The translations under genes were made by a program, and so were the position numbers. DNA of 64,000 nt from positions 3,162,001 through 3,226,000 of the forward strand of contig ML978121.1 in NCBI GenBank assembly GCA_010015805.1, given 5' to 3'. The notes under the pieces are model-generated. The model was not told the DNA's origin, ran no database searches, and worked only from the letters and a program-made list of their open reading frames with translations. This document shows positions 11,616 to 23,892 of this stretch, piece after piece. How positions within the stretch are numbered: position 1 is the stretch's first letter; each line of letters begins with the position of its first letter. The stretch is from Rhizodiscina lignyota. Its lineage: Eukaryota.

Positions 11616-14600
11616 ATGCCAGTAGTAACCCCACAGAAGCTTGTTGCTCTCCAGCAAGCCTCGGAGAACGTCCGCAATGTAAGAAGCACAGCCACGAATT
11701 CTCCACTCGCCCATATCGTATCATATCGTATCACAACTTCCCCAATCGGACAATGTGCGCTGACCTTTTGAGTAGATCTGCATCCTCGCACACGTCGTAA
11801 GCTTCCTCTTGCCTGAAGTCGCCTCGCATCTCGAAACTAATGCCCGCTGGCACCATAGGACCATGGCAAGACCTCGCTCACAGACGCTCTCCTCGCCACA
11901 AATGGCATTATCTCGCCCAAGCTCGCCGGAAAGATCCGCTACCTCGACTCCCGTCCAGATGAGCAGCTGCGAGGCATCACGATGGAATCTTCCGCAATAT
12001 CGCTGTACTTCTCCCTCCTTCGACGACAAAGCCCGAGCGCAGACCCCGCACTGGCCGAATACCTGATCAATTTGATTGACTCACCCGGCCACATCGACTT
12101 CTCGTCAGAAGTTAGCACGGCCAGCAGACTGTGCGATGGCGCTGTCGTGCTAGTCGATGCAGTAGAGGGTGTATGCAGCCAGACAGTCACGGTGCTAAGG
12201 CAGACATGGACTGAGAAGCTAAAGCCGCTGCTGGTGATTAACAAAATGGATAGATTGGTCACGGAGTTGCGCATGTCGAGCGCGGAGGCGTATACACACT
12301 TAAGCCAGCTGCTGGAGCAGGTTAATGCTGTAATGGGCAGTTTCTATCAAGGCGAGCGGATGGAAGACGATCTGAAGTGGCGAGAGCGCATCGAAGAGCG
12401 AGTCAAAGAAAAACAGCAAGATAGAGAGAATGACCGCGACAGAGACTCTAAAGTTGCCGACGCAGAGAGCGTGAATACCGAGACGACAGAAGGCTATGAA
12501 GAGAAGGACGACGAAGACCTCTACTTCGCACCGGAGAATAATAACGTAATATTCAGCAGTGCAATCGACGGCTGGGCCTTTACAATAAAACAATTCGCAG
12601 GCCTATACGAGAAAAAGCTAGGCATTAAGCGTACAGTATTAGAGAAGGTGCTGTGGGGCGACTTCTATCTTGACCCAAAGACCAAGCGCGTCCTAAGCTC
12701 AAAACATCTTAAAGGACGCAATCTGAAACCAATGTTCGTGCAATTGGTCCTGGACAATATATGGGCGGTATACGAAGCCACGACAGGTGGGCCGAACGGG
12801 AAGGGGTGCGTGGATTTCCTTTCCTCTCTTCATTATACCACCCCTTTTCATGCCTGGCAGAAGTTGTGTACATACTGCACTTCAAATACAAATACTTATG
12901 ATACTTCTTTTCCTATAGTGATCCCGCCATGGTCGAGAAAATCACAAAATCTCTCTTTATTACTCTCCCCACACACGTCCTCCGCTCCCGCGACCCACGC
13001 GCTCTCCTGACCGCCCTCTTCGGCGCCTGGCTCCCCCTCCCCACCGCGATCCTCGTCTCCGTAATCGAGCATCTGCCCTCCCCGCCGTCTGCACAGGCTG
13101 CACGAATGGACGACATCGTCGAAGCGTCTCCCGGCGGCAGCGCCGTCGACCCGAAGATCAAATCCGCCATGACAGAATTTAAAAGCAGCAAAGCCGATCC
13201 CGTTGTCGCGTTTGTGTCGAAGATGGTGAGTGTCAAGGAGAGCGAGCTGCCGCACAACAAGCGACAGGCAGGCGGCAGCATGACGGCGGACGAGGCGCGC
13301 GAGCTGGCGCGCAAGAAGAGAGCGGAGTTTGCGAGGGCGCAGCAGGATGCGGATGGGTTGAGTGGTGCGCTGGCCCAGGCGAGTCTGGACGAGGAGGTTG
13401 AGCGAGAAGAACCACAGGAGAAGGATGATCCGGAGCATCTCATTGGGTTTTCGAGGCTTTATAGCGGGACGCTGAGCGTGGGTGATGAGGTATATGTCTT
13501 GCCCCCGAAGTGGAATCCTGCCTATCCGGATATGTCGCCGACGCCGAAGAAGGTGACTGTGACGGCGCTATACCTGCTTATGGGCCGAAGCCTCGAGGCG
13601 TTGCAGTCCGTCCCTGCAGGTGTCGTCTTCGGCATTGCGGGCCTTGAAGGCGCGATTCTCAAGTCTGGCACACTGTGCAGCCAACTTGATGGATCTGTGA
13701 ATCTAGCTGGCATGAACATGGGTGGAGCCCCTATCGTCAGAGTTGCTTTGGAGCCTGCTTGGCCCGGAGATCTGGATAAAATGATCAGAGGCTTGAAGAT
13801 GCTGGTCCAGTCGGATCCGTGCGCGGAGTACGAAGTCCTTGAGAACGGCGAGCATGTCATTCTGACAGCTGGCGAACTGCACTTGGAGAGGTGCCTAAAA
13901 GATCTGAGAGAGAGGTTCGCCAAGTGTGAGATACAAGCTGGAGAGCCAATAGTGCCATATCGCGAAACCATTGTGAACGCGCCGGCGAGCGTGGACGTCG
14001 GATTGGATGGAGAACTACGCACGAGAGACAAAGACTTGCCGAGAGGGACTGTTGTCGGCGCCACGACGAGCAAGCAAGTGACCGTACGACTGAGAGTAAG
14101 ACCTCTACCGGCAGCAGTAACGGAGTTCCTGGAGCGGAACCCTGGCGTCATAAGACGACTGTACGCGGAGAGGAGAGCAAAGGAAGGGCATTTTGAAGAA
14201 AATGGCCAGTCATCGAACGGGGTTAGCGAAGAGCAAGCCACAGTTGAGGACGAAGAGGTGATTGAACCTGACAGCAGGATGACACTACAAGACTTCAACA
14301 CAAAGCTTCGGGAGGCCTTTGCGGAGGCAAAGGGTGAAAGAGAGGTCTGGAAGGACTGCATTGAGAGCATCGCGGCGTTTGGACCAAGAAGAGCTGGGCC
14401 GAATATCTTGGTTGATAAGACAACTAGTGGCGCATTTGAACGAGTGTGAGTATACCCTGGTATGCCTTGGAGACAATGTGAATGTGTACTAACAGTCTGC
14501 CAGGCTGCAAGAAGGCGATGGGGAGGCCGAAGAGCGCAGATCTACGGACGAGGCACTTTCGGCCCGAGCTTTCTCAGACAAGATCTACTACGCTTTTCAG

Positions 14601-15415
14601 CTGGCAACCGCACAAGGTCCTCTGTGTCATGAGCCAATGCAAGGCGTTGGGGTATTCTTGGAGGAGGTAACGGTATCGCTTCCATCAGGCGAGAGCGTAT
14701 CAGCTCGAGACAATGTAGGCCGTCTCACTGGAGAGGTTATCAAAACCGTCCGCGATTCAATTCGTCAAGGTAAGTTACGTCATGCTATACTTTCAATATT
14801 TCTGAATTGTAGGGGGTGAAGCGACTCATTGTTTGACCATATGAGTCATAATAGCTATCTGTAATGTCTTTGCGTGTTTAATATCGGCTAATCTGAGCAA
14901 TGGAAATAGGAATGCTCGAATGGAGCCCGCGCATCATGCTTGCGATGTACAGCTGCGAAATTCAAGCCTCAACCGAAGTCCTCGGCCGTGTGTACGGCGT
15001 CATCACCCGTCGACGTGGACGCATTCTCTCCGAATCCATGAAGGAAGGCACGCCCTTCTTTACAATCATTGCTCTGCTTCCCATTGCAGAGTCATTCGGA
15101 TTTAGCGATGAGATGCGAAAGCGCACTTCTGGCGCTGCCTCGCCGCAGCTCATTTTCTCTGGTTTTGAAGCTCTTGACGAAGATCCATTCTGGGTACCAA
15201 CCACTGAGGAGGAGGTAGAGGATCTCGGCATCCAGTAAGCTGTCCTGGGATGTAAAGAAGAATCTGGAACGATGCTAATATACTCTGCTAAATATAGGGC
15301 GGACAGAGAAAACGTGGCGAGAAAGTATATGGATTCTGTTCGGAGACGGAAAGGGTTGGTGGTTACCGGCCGGAAGTTGGTCGACGCTGAGAAGCAGAAG
15401 ACTTTGAAGAGATAA
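11616..15415 (+). CDS. RIA1: Ribosome-maturation GTPase Ria1/Efl1 (EF-2-like)
   Basis: [27 protein letters not shown] (G1), [17 protein letters not shown] (G3), INKMD (G4), [38 protein letters not shown], ending AEKQKTLKR*. Five canonical introns, including those flanking a 21-nt micro-exon. Confidence 0.97.
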
Positions 15416-15466
15416 ATCCTTCTTAGATAGCCGAAGATATGAAAATCAATCTTCTCGATATAGAAA

Positions 15467-16882
15467 TCAGGTTCTTGCAAGATCCATAAATGTCATCGAA
15501 TTCCAGTCATGGGCTTCCTCCCCAATTTTGTGGCAGGCGAAGAAAAATGTGCTTGACGCATGGCTTGTCATATCAACGCAATATCCCGGTCTCCTGAAAC
15601 TTTCGTCCAGTTCCTTCGCTTTATCTGTCGCGGGCCGGTCTGAGTTTTTGAATGACATTTGGATGCAGCGTAAATGCGGAAGCTCTGTATGCCATTCTTG
15701 CCCGAATCGACAAAACCAACCTATCGTCGACTTCTGGCAATAGGAAAGATGAAGTTTCTGGAGGGTTCTAGGTAATATATGCGCCAGGGGTTTCTCTGAA
15801 GCGCGTGCAGGGGCCTTAGCCTTCAGGTTTCGGAGAACGAAAAGATTCTTCAAGATTCCCGGTCCGATCCTATAATAAGGACTGTCCCCGTCCGGCCAAC
15901 CCGATAAGGCTAAATGTGTGAGTGATGACGCCTGGTACTTGATAATTGCAGACATCACAGATGGCATCTCCTTCATCGATGGGAGGCGATACTCTAGAAT
16001 TTCGAGAGCTCGAAAGGGCGACATCAGGGAGTCGAACGTAGAGTCTGACACTCTTGCAGAGTTCATTGTGAGGTGTCTCAAGCCCGACGGTCTTTCAACC
16101 CTCTCCCATTCCTCGTTGTCATCTTGCAATGTCCAGAATCCAGTGTCGAGATGCTCGAGTTGTGGAAGTAAGAACAAAAAACGGAATCTTTCTAGCGGAA
16201 GTACTCCACTGGCATTACTCAAACACCCATTTCCAGTTGAAAAGCTTCTCAACTTGGAAAAGCTGCGCACTATCTCGGGAAGGTGGGTTGTCCAGTTTAG
16301 CGGTCGCTCTGATGCACCTGGAATTCTCCACAGATTCAGCTGCTCCAAATTTTTGAGCTTGGATATGAGAAGGATGATTTCCGCGTCTTCACAGCCCTGA
16401 CGCAATGAGTGGCAAAAAGCATCCTGACGGACCGAGTTTACGTCAATTTGTGGACGAATAATATTTTCTTCTTGAGAAGCCAGGACAAAAGTTCGCCAAT
16501 CCGAGGATGATAACACTTCTGGCACATAGGCACGCCCATAGAATTTGATGGTGACTCGCGCGTAGGGATCTTGCGACCTCGCCTCTTCTAATTGCTCTGT
16601 CGTGAGCCACGGTCGTACCTCAACAGACTTCACCTTTGCTGCGAGATCGGGTCGCTGGATGATTGTACGGAGAAACGGCCGGATCGCTCGTGGAGGCTTG
16701 TCAGACACATTCTTGTAAATACGATAGAGCTGATCGTTGGCGACTTTGTTCCATTGTCGAGACACGAGCGTCAGAGGATGAAGCCGCATGGAATGCTGGT
16801 CATTATTGTTGTCGTCGTCGTCGGAGCCGTCCAGTAATTCAATGATCAAGTGTATGATTTCTGAGGGAAGATGAGGCGTCAT
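15467..16882 (-). CDS. F-box / leucine-rich-repeat-like protein
   Basis: Intronless 471 aa. HLPSEIIHLIIELL..LTLVSRQWNKVANDQLY F-box, FLRTIIQRPDLAAKVKSV, then LxxLxL repeats (LKNLEQLNL, LPQLEHLDT, LRHLTM, LTHLAL, LQKLHL). Confidence 0.85.
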   Translation of the reverse strand: MTPHLPSEIIHLIIELLDGSDDDDNNNDQHSMRLHPLTLVSRQWNKVANDQLYRIYKNVSDKPPRAIRPFLRTIIQRPDLAAKVKSVEVRPWLTTEQLEEARSQDPYARVTIKFYGRAYVPEVLSSSDWRTFVLASQEENIIRPQIDVNSVRQDAFCHSLRQGCEDAEIILLISKLKNLEQLNLWRIPGASERPLNWTTHLPEIVRSFSKLRSFSTGNGCLSNASGVLPLERFRFLFLLPQLEHLDTGFWTLQDDNEEWERVERPSGLRHLTMNSARVSDSTFDSLMSPFRALEILEYRLPSMKEMPSVMSAIIKYQASSLTHLALSGWPDGDSPYYRIGPGILKNLFVLRNLKAKAPARASEKPLAHILPRTLQKLHLSYCQKSTIGWFCRFGQEWHTELPHLRCIQMSFKNSDRPATDKAKELDESFRRPGYCVDMTSHASSTFFFACHKIGEEAHDWNSMTFMDLART

Positions 16883-17913
16883 TGTTGAAGTCTCGAATCA
16901 GCATAATCAAGAAACGCGAAGGGTCGGAACGAAGGGAAGTTATCAATTTTTGAAGCGAGGTACGATGATAGAGCAGACGTGTGGCAGTGCGTGAATCCGG
17001 TATGGAGTAGGGTGGATTGAAGCAGCCTGGCAGGTGGTCCTCTTGCTCTACGAATCGGAAATTTGAAGAACCCGACTTGCCGAGGCTGACAAGACTTCAA
17101 GATCTGCATCGCCGTTCCTCGACGTCTTATATCTCACCATACAATTCAGTCTTCTTGCTCCTTTCTTCTTTTCTTCCTAACAGCTCCTTTAGAACGTATG
17201 ACTCTGTAAATGACGCTGTGAGATAGTTGCCTTTTTTGAAAGAATTGTCGCCCGGCTCCCCATTCTCACCACTCTTCCTTCGCGAGTCCGCGCGCGCACA
17301 TGGGGTTGCGCAAAATTCCATATATCTACAAGCATAACTAAGTACGATATGGGAGCCTCATAAGAGCGCTTTCTTTCTTCTCATTTGCTTACGTATCTCA
17401 TTGATTCTATAATTCGACGGGATTTCCTTGCTTCCGAACCATCGGCACACCTATTGTGCTCGTAAATGGCTTGTAGAGCACATAGCCTTCTCTTTCCCTT
17501 TTAGCCTCGATAATGCGTCTGTCCTCTAACATGGTCGGAGTTTGATGTGCGGAGTTACCGGAGTTTTATGCATTCTTTATGATGTTCAATGTGGAATCGT
17601 TCCCACTATTCATCCTCCTTTAATGACCTTCGCAGACTTTCCTGAAGTATTGAAGGCACTCGCACTTCTGCCTAATGCAAACCTAGCGCAGCCTCAGTTA
17701 CGAGGAAACGTGCCGGTTTTTGTCCGTGTTGTTTGCTGTAGACATCGGTTAAGGACGAATGGACGGTCTTCCGGACTTAGCACGGAGAAGAACAACCGCA
17801 TGTACGAGTCGTTTGCAGTGTCCCTTAGACAACGTTGAATCGTTCGCAGCCTTTGATATTATTTAATTACGACCAGTTCCTACATTCAGCAAGGTGTAAA
17901 GACTTTTGCTATC

Positions 17914-19034
17914 ATGGAATTTGGATTTCACACTACTGCCGAGGAGGCTGCGACAGCGCTCTCTTCTCACATCCGTGGACGGACAGGTGGGAGGTCAAAA
18001 TAAGTTGTACATGAACGTTACAAGTTAACCACGGCTTGCAGTACTCGTTACAGGACCCTCTCTCGGCGGCATTGGTTTCGAGACAGCCCGCTCGATCGCA
18101 TTGCAGAACCCGAAAGTGGTAATACTTGCTGGTCGCTCTATATCAAAGCTGGAAGATGCCGAACGCGAGATTAAGAAGTCGGCTCCAAATACACCAACGC
18201 GCTTGCTAGAACTCGATCTAAGTTCGCTTTCGAAAGTACGACAGGCTGCCGAAGAGTTCAACAATTGTACTGATATTCCGAAACTCGATGTGCTCATCGC
18301 GAATGCTGCTGTCATGGCGTGCCCATTTAAAATGACAGAGGACGGAGAGCTGCAGTTCGCCACGAACCACCTTGGTCATTTCCTATTCACCCAACTTGTC
18401 ATGCACAAGATTATTGCTGCAGGACCAGGCTCTAGAATTGTCAACGTCAGCTCTACTGGCCACAGGTTCAGTGATATTCGCTGGGATGATATAAACTTCG
18501 AGGTATGTGGATTTGCTTCTATTTATTAAGAAACATTACGCTAATCTTCCAACGTATATAGAACGGCAAGGCATACGATCCATGGATGGCGTATGGCCAA
18601 TCGAAGACAGCAAACATGCTCTATGCCATTTCGCTCGCCGAGAAGCTAAAGCCGAAGGGCATCCAGGCATTCAGTGTCCACCCCGGCGGCATCAACACAA
18701 ATTTGGGCCGCCACATCCCCCGGGATACAATGATCGAAATGGGATATTACGACAAAGATGGCAACCCCGTGAACTCTGCGGCAATAACATGGAAGAGTAT
18801 CGGAGAGGGCGCGTCAACAACAATAGTCGCAGCTTTTGATCCTAGGATTGCTGGTCAGGTTAATCGGAAGATATAAATAACAAACGCTAATTCTTGCGAA
18901 CAGACCGCAGCGGAGCATATCTTGCCGATTGCAAGATCGCAGAACCCCTCAATCCGTACGCAAAAGACCCAGTTGGTGCGGAACGTTTGTGGAAGTTGAG
19001 TGAGAAGCTGGTCGGACAGGAATTTGACGTGTAA
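17914..19034 (+). CDS. Short-chain dehydrogenase/reductase (retinol-DH/WWOX-like subfamily)
   Basis: LVTGPSLGGIG Rossmann motif, LDVLIANAA, QFATNHLGHF, NVSS, catalytic YGQSK, VHPGGINTNL, ERLWKLSEKLVG. Three introns. Confidence 0.93.
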
Positions 19035-19222
19035 GGACCTCTGCATAAAGCGTGGCTGCTAGGAGAAAGTGCTGCTGCTATGTACGTAATCTGAATTTAC
19101 AATCATCAGTCTTTCCGCTTGTCGCCGACTTCACAATTATTAAACGTGTATTTTGACATCACACGACACGACCAGATTTTGAATTGCGTCCCAGCTAGTG
19201 TTGTTTGAAATAGCCATATATC

Positions 19223-19820
19223 TCAATAGAATGGAAAGGGTGCCAGGTTCACGTTCCCTCCATAATTCCCAACAGGCTCTTGCGGAATGGGACCAGGGCT
19301 GGAAGTCAGACACATGAAGGAGGCGATCTTGTTGTCCATGGAAAACCAGTCCATCCTGTTCCAGCCGGGATAATGACAGGTTCTGTAATCCCCTGGCGGG
19401 GATGGTTGTCCGGTGGCGTTGCAATTTTGATTTCCAAACGCCGTGCACCACAAGCCTTTATTCGGCCTGAAAGAGCTGATATTCTGCAAGAATGGTGCGT
19501 TCCAAATATAATAGCAGACTTTCTCGTAAACATAGTTGTGTGAGCATGTACCCTTGAAATCGGGCTCGGTGCAGATACGTACCTAACAGTCAAATTCAGT
19601 CAGCAGCGTCTTGCTTTGGTATGGAGAGATAGTGGCTTACGCTGTGGAGACTACGCTTACTTGATCCAGCGGCTGCTTGGGCACGAACCACTGCCCCGGT
19701 TGACGACGAATGCCTCATACCAATTGCTTCGGTGTGTTCATGTGGATGTGCAGATGTGAGTCCATTCAGGCTAGCGAGAGCCAAAAGGGAGAAGATATAT
19801 GTAGGTAGTGCAAGGAACAT
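19223..19820 (-). CDS. Small secreted Cys-containing protein, beta/gamma-crystallin-like (179 aa)
   Basis: Signal peptide MFLALPTYIFSLLALASLNGLTSA, propeptide ending SSKR. Intron 19640-19583 (GTAAGC..TAG) joins to VRICTEPDFKGTC..QNISSFRP..CHYPGW..DNKIASFMC. Confidence 0.8.
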
Positions 19821-20833
19821 GATAGGCTATTTAGTAGCAATTGTCGTACTGATATGTGAATGATGGGGGTTAGAGAAAGGGAGAATGTAGAATTATAAAG
19901 AGTTGGACATAAAAACGCGTCGTGCAACAGTGGCCGTGTTGGATGGTTGACGGTTTCTTTGTTGGCAGCAAGAGAGAAGGGGATTCGATCGAATTCTAGG
20001 CGCATAGCATTGTTTAGAACTCCGCGCGTCCTTTGTTTCGCCGACATAGTGTTTCTTTAACTGCGATATTGTGTCCATTGTCGTTTTTGCCAATTGAAAG
20101 GGACTGCTCTTCATGCTGGATTGTCCTCCACTGATATTAGATGGAGAATTCGAGATTCAGCACAGCCAGTCGTCATCTGCCGGCGAGAAGAGTTGTTTTG
20201 TTCATTATGATAGCAATAAGCATTATCAGGGTATCTAAAAATCAAAACGTCGTTCGTTACAATAGCCAAATCTCTATGCGCTTCTTTCTTGTCAAATGTT
20301 TCAAGCGACTACTCACTGCAGTGCATCTGCTCTTTCGAATATCCCTCTGATTTGGATGAGAATTTGCCGAGAAAATGAGCCGTACAGCTCTAGGCTCCTG
20401 ACGAGTCTGCAGAGAGTCTTCTAGCATTGCGAAGGTTCGTATCTCGCGAAAGATGCTCTCTCATCAGCAATTGATACACTCCATCTTCTCCGATATCAAA
20501 CAGCATCGATTAGTGCACATTAGGTAGTGAAGCATCCCCAGAATAGCCCCGGGTTGAACATTCGTCAATAGGCACTGCATTGGTCGATCCTCAGCACCCT
20601 GCCTTCGCAGCGGGTGAAGAGGATATAGGAGGAACGGAAATGGGAATGGGAGCAACGCGATCACTCTGCACCATCGATCGGCATTTTCTCGGGTGGTCGA
20701 GTATCGGGGTGAGGCGAGATGGGAGTGTGATAAATGTCTCCCTCCATTTCGTAAGCCGGACTCTCGGGCGATGGAAGCTCAGCCGCTGCTTTGTTCTGCG
20801 AAGTATTTCATCAGCTCCAATTCTCAAAATTCT

Positions 20834-22440
20834 TCATCCAGCTCTCACCTCTTCCATTTCTTGCACAGCTGTCGAGTTATCAAGCTCATTCGGCATTGTC
20901 GTGGGCAGCTCATTGTACTCCGTGCCGTCCAGCTCTGCCGAAGGTCCCGTTTTCTTCATCATTCCAGACACCTGCGTATCTTCTAACTCGGGCTTGTCTT
21001 TGTAGGCCGATTGTCGATTGTTTCGCTTGTGCCTTCGGAACAAGAAGAATGCAAGCGCAAGGATGAGCGCTAGACCGACTACGCCACCCACGACACCTCC
21101 TGCGATTGCACCGGTATGACTGCTATGGTGGCTGCTGCCACTGGAAGTTTGGGGGCCGGTTGTATGATTTGATGGTGAGTTCTTCTGTGGTTCGCAAACT
21201 GGGTACAACTGCGAGCCCTCGCCCTCATTAAATGATAGCACTCTCCGGGCCGTATAAAGAGAGGTCTCCGTTCGAGACCAATCGAATACGATGTAATTCA
21301 TGCTCAGGTAAGGTCGGCCCCAGAGCATCGGCTGTCCCGGTGTTGTAATGTTCGAGATCAGTGCAGTATAAATGTCCGGATTCTCTCCGATTGTGCCGCT
21401 ATCAGATAACGTCGGCAAGGGTATGAAGAACTCCTCGGTTGGTATCACAGTTGTGTAGTTATTCGCCAGGGTGACGGTTATATTTCCTTCTGGACGTGAC
21501 GGATACACCAAGCGTCCAAGAGTCTCATTGTAGATCCCTCCCGTAGCCTTTGCCAAGTTGTCGTAGGATTGGTCCACTAATTGTAGCGTTGGGGCGTACA
21601 TTTCGAATGCTATCGTAAATGGATCCGTATAGCCTTCCATGAGATTGACGGTTCCGTTTGGTCCGTTATAAGACAATCGCGTCACGTTCGTACATTCTGG
21701 ACACCCTGGGGGGTTTTTCAATGTCACGGCCAACTCGTTCTGGTTTGCCCGACTCGCATCATAGCCACCCAGTACCAGTGAAGCGTTTGCAGGCGGTGAG
21801 CCTCTACTACCCTGTAGTTTGATTCAGAACATTGGAACCGCTCTGGACGTACTATCTGCTCACTATCGAAATGGTGTAGACTTACAGGCCAATACCCTAC
21901 AACGCGGGAAAGGATTTGACCACTTTCCTTGAGTGCGTTCAGTATGACAGAGGTGGAACTCAAGGGAATAGTGTTTATCACTTTGCGTCGTCAGTAGCAT
22001 ATACCTCTCCTTTGAATGAATCACTTACAAATACCCTCTAAGGTTTTGCCGGTGTACATTGGGGCACCTTCAAGGGTTAGATTATTCCCGACTCGAAGCG
22101 TGTCGTGGAAGAAATTAAATTGGGAGGGATCATAATATCGGTCCGTTCCATTCCAATCTGCCAATGAAGTGGGTTTGTAAGTGGAGGATTTATTCCAATT
22201 GTAGTGGCCGAGCGCAGCAAGATCCAAAGGTTGCAGTGGCGAGGGGCCCTCGTATTTGATGGTATTGGTATCGTTGTACACGAAAAAGTCATCTTGAGTA
22301 TTTGCTGGATACACAACGACTTGCTGGCCTGGAGTTCCGACGTTGACGCGAATCGCTTTGGACACAAGAGCGGAAGCCTCGGCCCAAGAGTCAAACATGT
22401 CAATGTTCAGAGGTATCGAATCATCCGTACACTGTGCCAT
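20834..22440 (-). CDS. Single-pass membrane aspartic-protease-fold (A1-like) protein, probably inactive
   Basis: VNVGTPGQQ, YNWNKSSTY, DTLRVG, SLVLGGYD, MLWGRPYLSMNYIVFDW are pepsin-fold landmarks. TM GAIAGGVVGGVVGLALILALAFFLF followed by RRHKR. At least two introns. 5' end uncertain (may extend to an ATG at 22692). Confidence 0.82.
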
Positions 22441-23892
22441 CTCGGCCGAAGGAGGGATCGGGAGACAATGGAAAGCGCCTTCGTGTCGCAACTGTGCGAA
22501 GCAAAGAAGCCAAGCGAGAACGATCTGGGAAGATTCCAAGTGGAACTTAGGCTCATGATATAGCGTCTTAGTGAAGCCGGGGGAGAACCCGCTAGTCCTC
22601 TGGTTTGTGTAGGGTTTCCGGAGTAATGATACGAGACTGTCGTGCGCATTATCGCTGATCACCAAATTCTAAAGCTTGGTGCATCTCACCATCCAGGCTC
22701 TTCGGCTAGCTAGGAACGCCATGCAGTTACACTACTAAGGATACCGAGTCAGTGTCCTACTTTGATCGCAGAGGCACGACAATACTGGCCAAAGCGATTT
22801 CTTAACGATCTGGCTCTGTATACAAGCCAGTTATCGCAGTACCTGTCGCGACACAACTTCTCCAACATCGTGAATATCCGTATGGGTCCCATAAGGAGTT
22901 CCTGGCCCCCTGGTGCGCGTGTGGAGCAAACGGCTCCGTGCTGAGTGAGACGCAAGGATTACTTATCCAGGCTTAATTGTGACTTCAAGAGGCGTTTCCC
23001 TGTTCATATTGCCGAGAGTGCATGAAGGTCAGGGTCGCGTGCAATTTTTCTGGCGCAAATTCCCTTAAACGGATAAGGCTACAAGCCCAGAAGATATATC
23101 ATATCGTCGAGCTTCGGGCCCCTGCGGCCGCATCCCAGCCACTTGGCACCGTCCCGCATCCTGAAAGCTTATGAATGATAGCTGTGCAGTTTGTTATGCA
23201 AGGTGGAAACTTCCGGGAATAATAAGCAGCCTTAAACATATGCACATAAGCAGCCACACATTCTGGAGGAACGATTGGCTCTTTAAAGTTTCTCGACGGG
23301 AGCATACTGTCGTTCTACTCGCCACATTAAACATCCCAGTCATTTGATATCGCCAGGTACATATGTACTCGGTCCTGTCCATACTGGTTCCATGCTACAA
23401 ATATACACATTCAACGTTGTCGGGCGGTCCTTCATAACTGTCTTGAGTGATATTTTGCGCGACCATAGTAAGAGTGCTTACGTCCACTATTCTTCTATAC
23501 AACGCGGCCGCTCTAGTCTTCGTAAGTGCCGAGAGGTTCAGCCCTGTTGCTTTCGTCAGAATGAGATTTGAACATACTCCGCAGAATTTCCTGTCAACGC
23601 AGGATGAAGCCAATTCAGCATTCGTTTCTATTGCGGCCTGTAAAAAGTCCAATGTAATCGTGATGAATGTTCCAGCTTGAATTGAGATTTTGCAACGTGC
23701 AGCATAGACCTCGCCGTATCTATTCCCAATGACTGGTTTCCTTTCGTAGAGGATTTGGAGGACTGAGGACTGAGGACTGAACGCATTGTAGGACTACCTG
23801 CAGGACGGTTTGCACCTAGGAGGGGTGGTTTGATGGCCAGTTAATTTCATCTGTACACTTCCGGTCTCATTTTCACCGTTACTGCTGCAGCC

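Noticed and set aside
23758..23780. GAGGACT x3 short tandem repeat
   Set aside because: Too short to interpret; no spacers, so not CRISPR-like.
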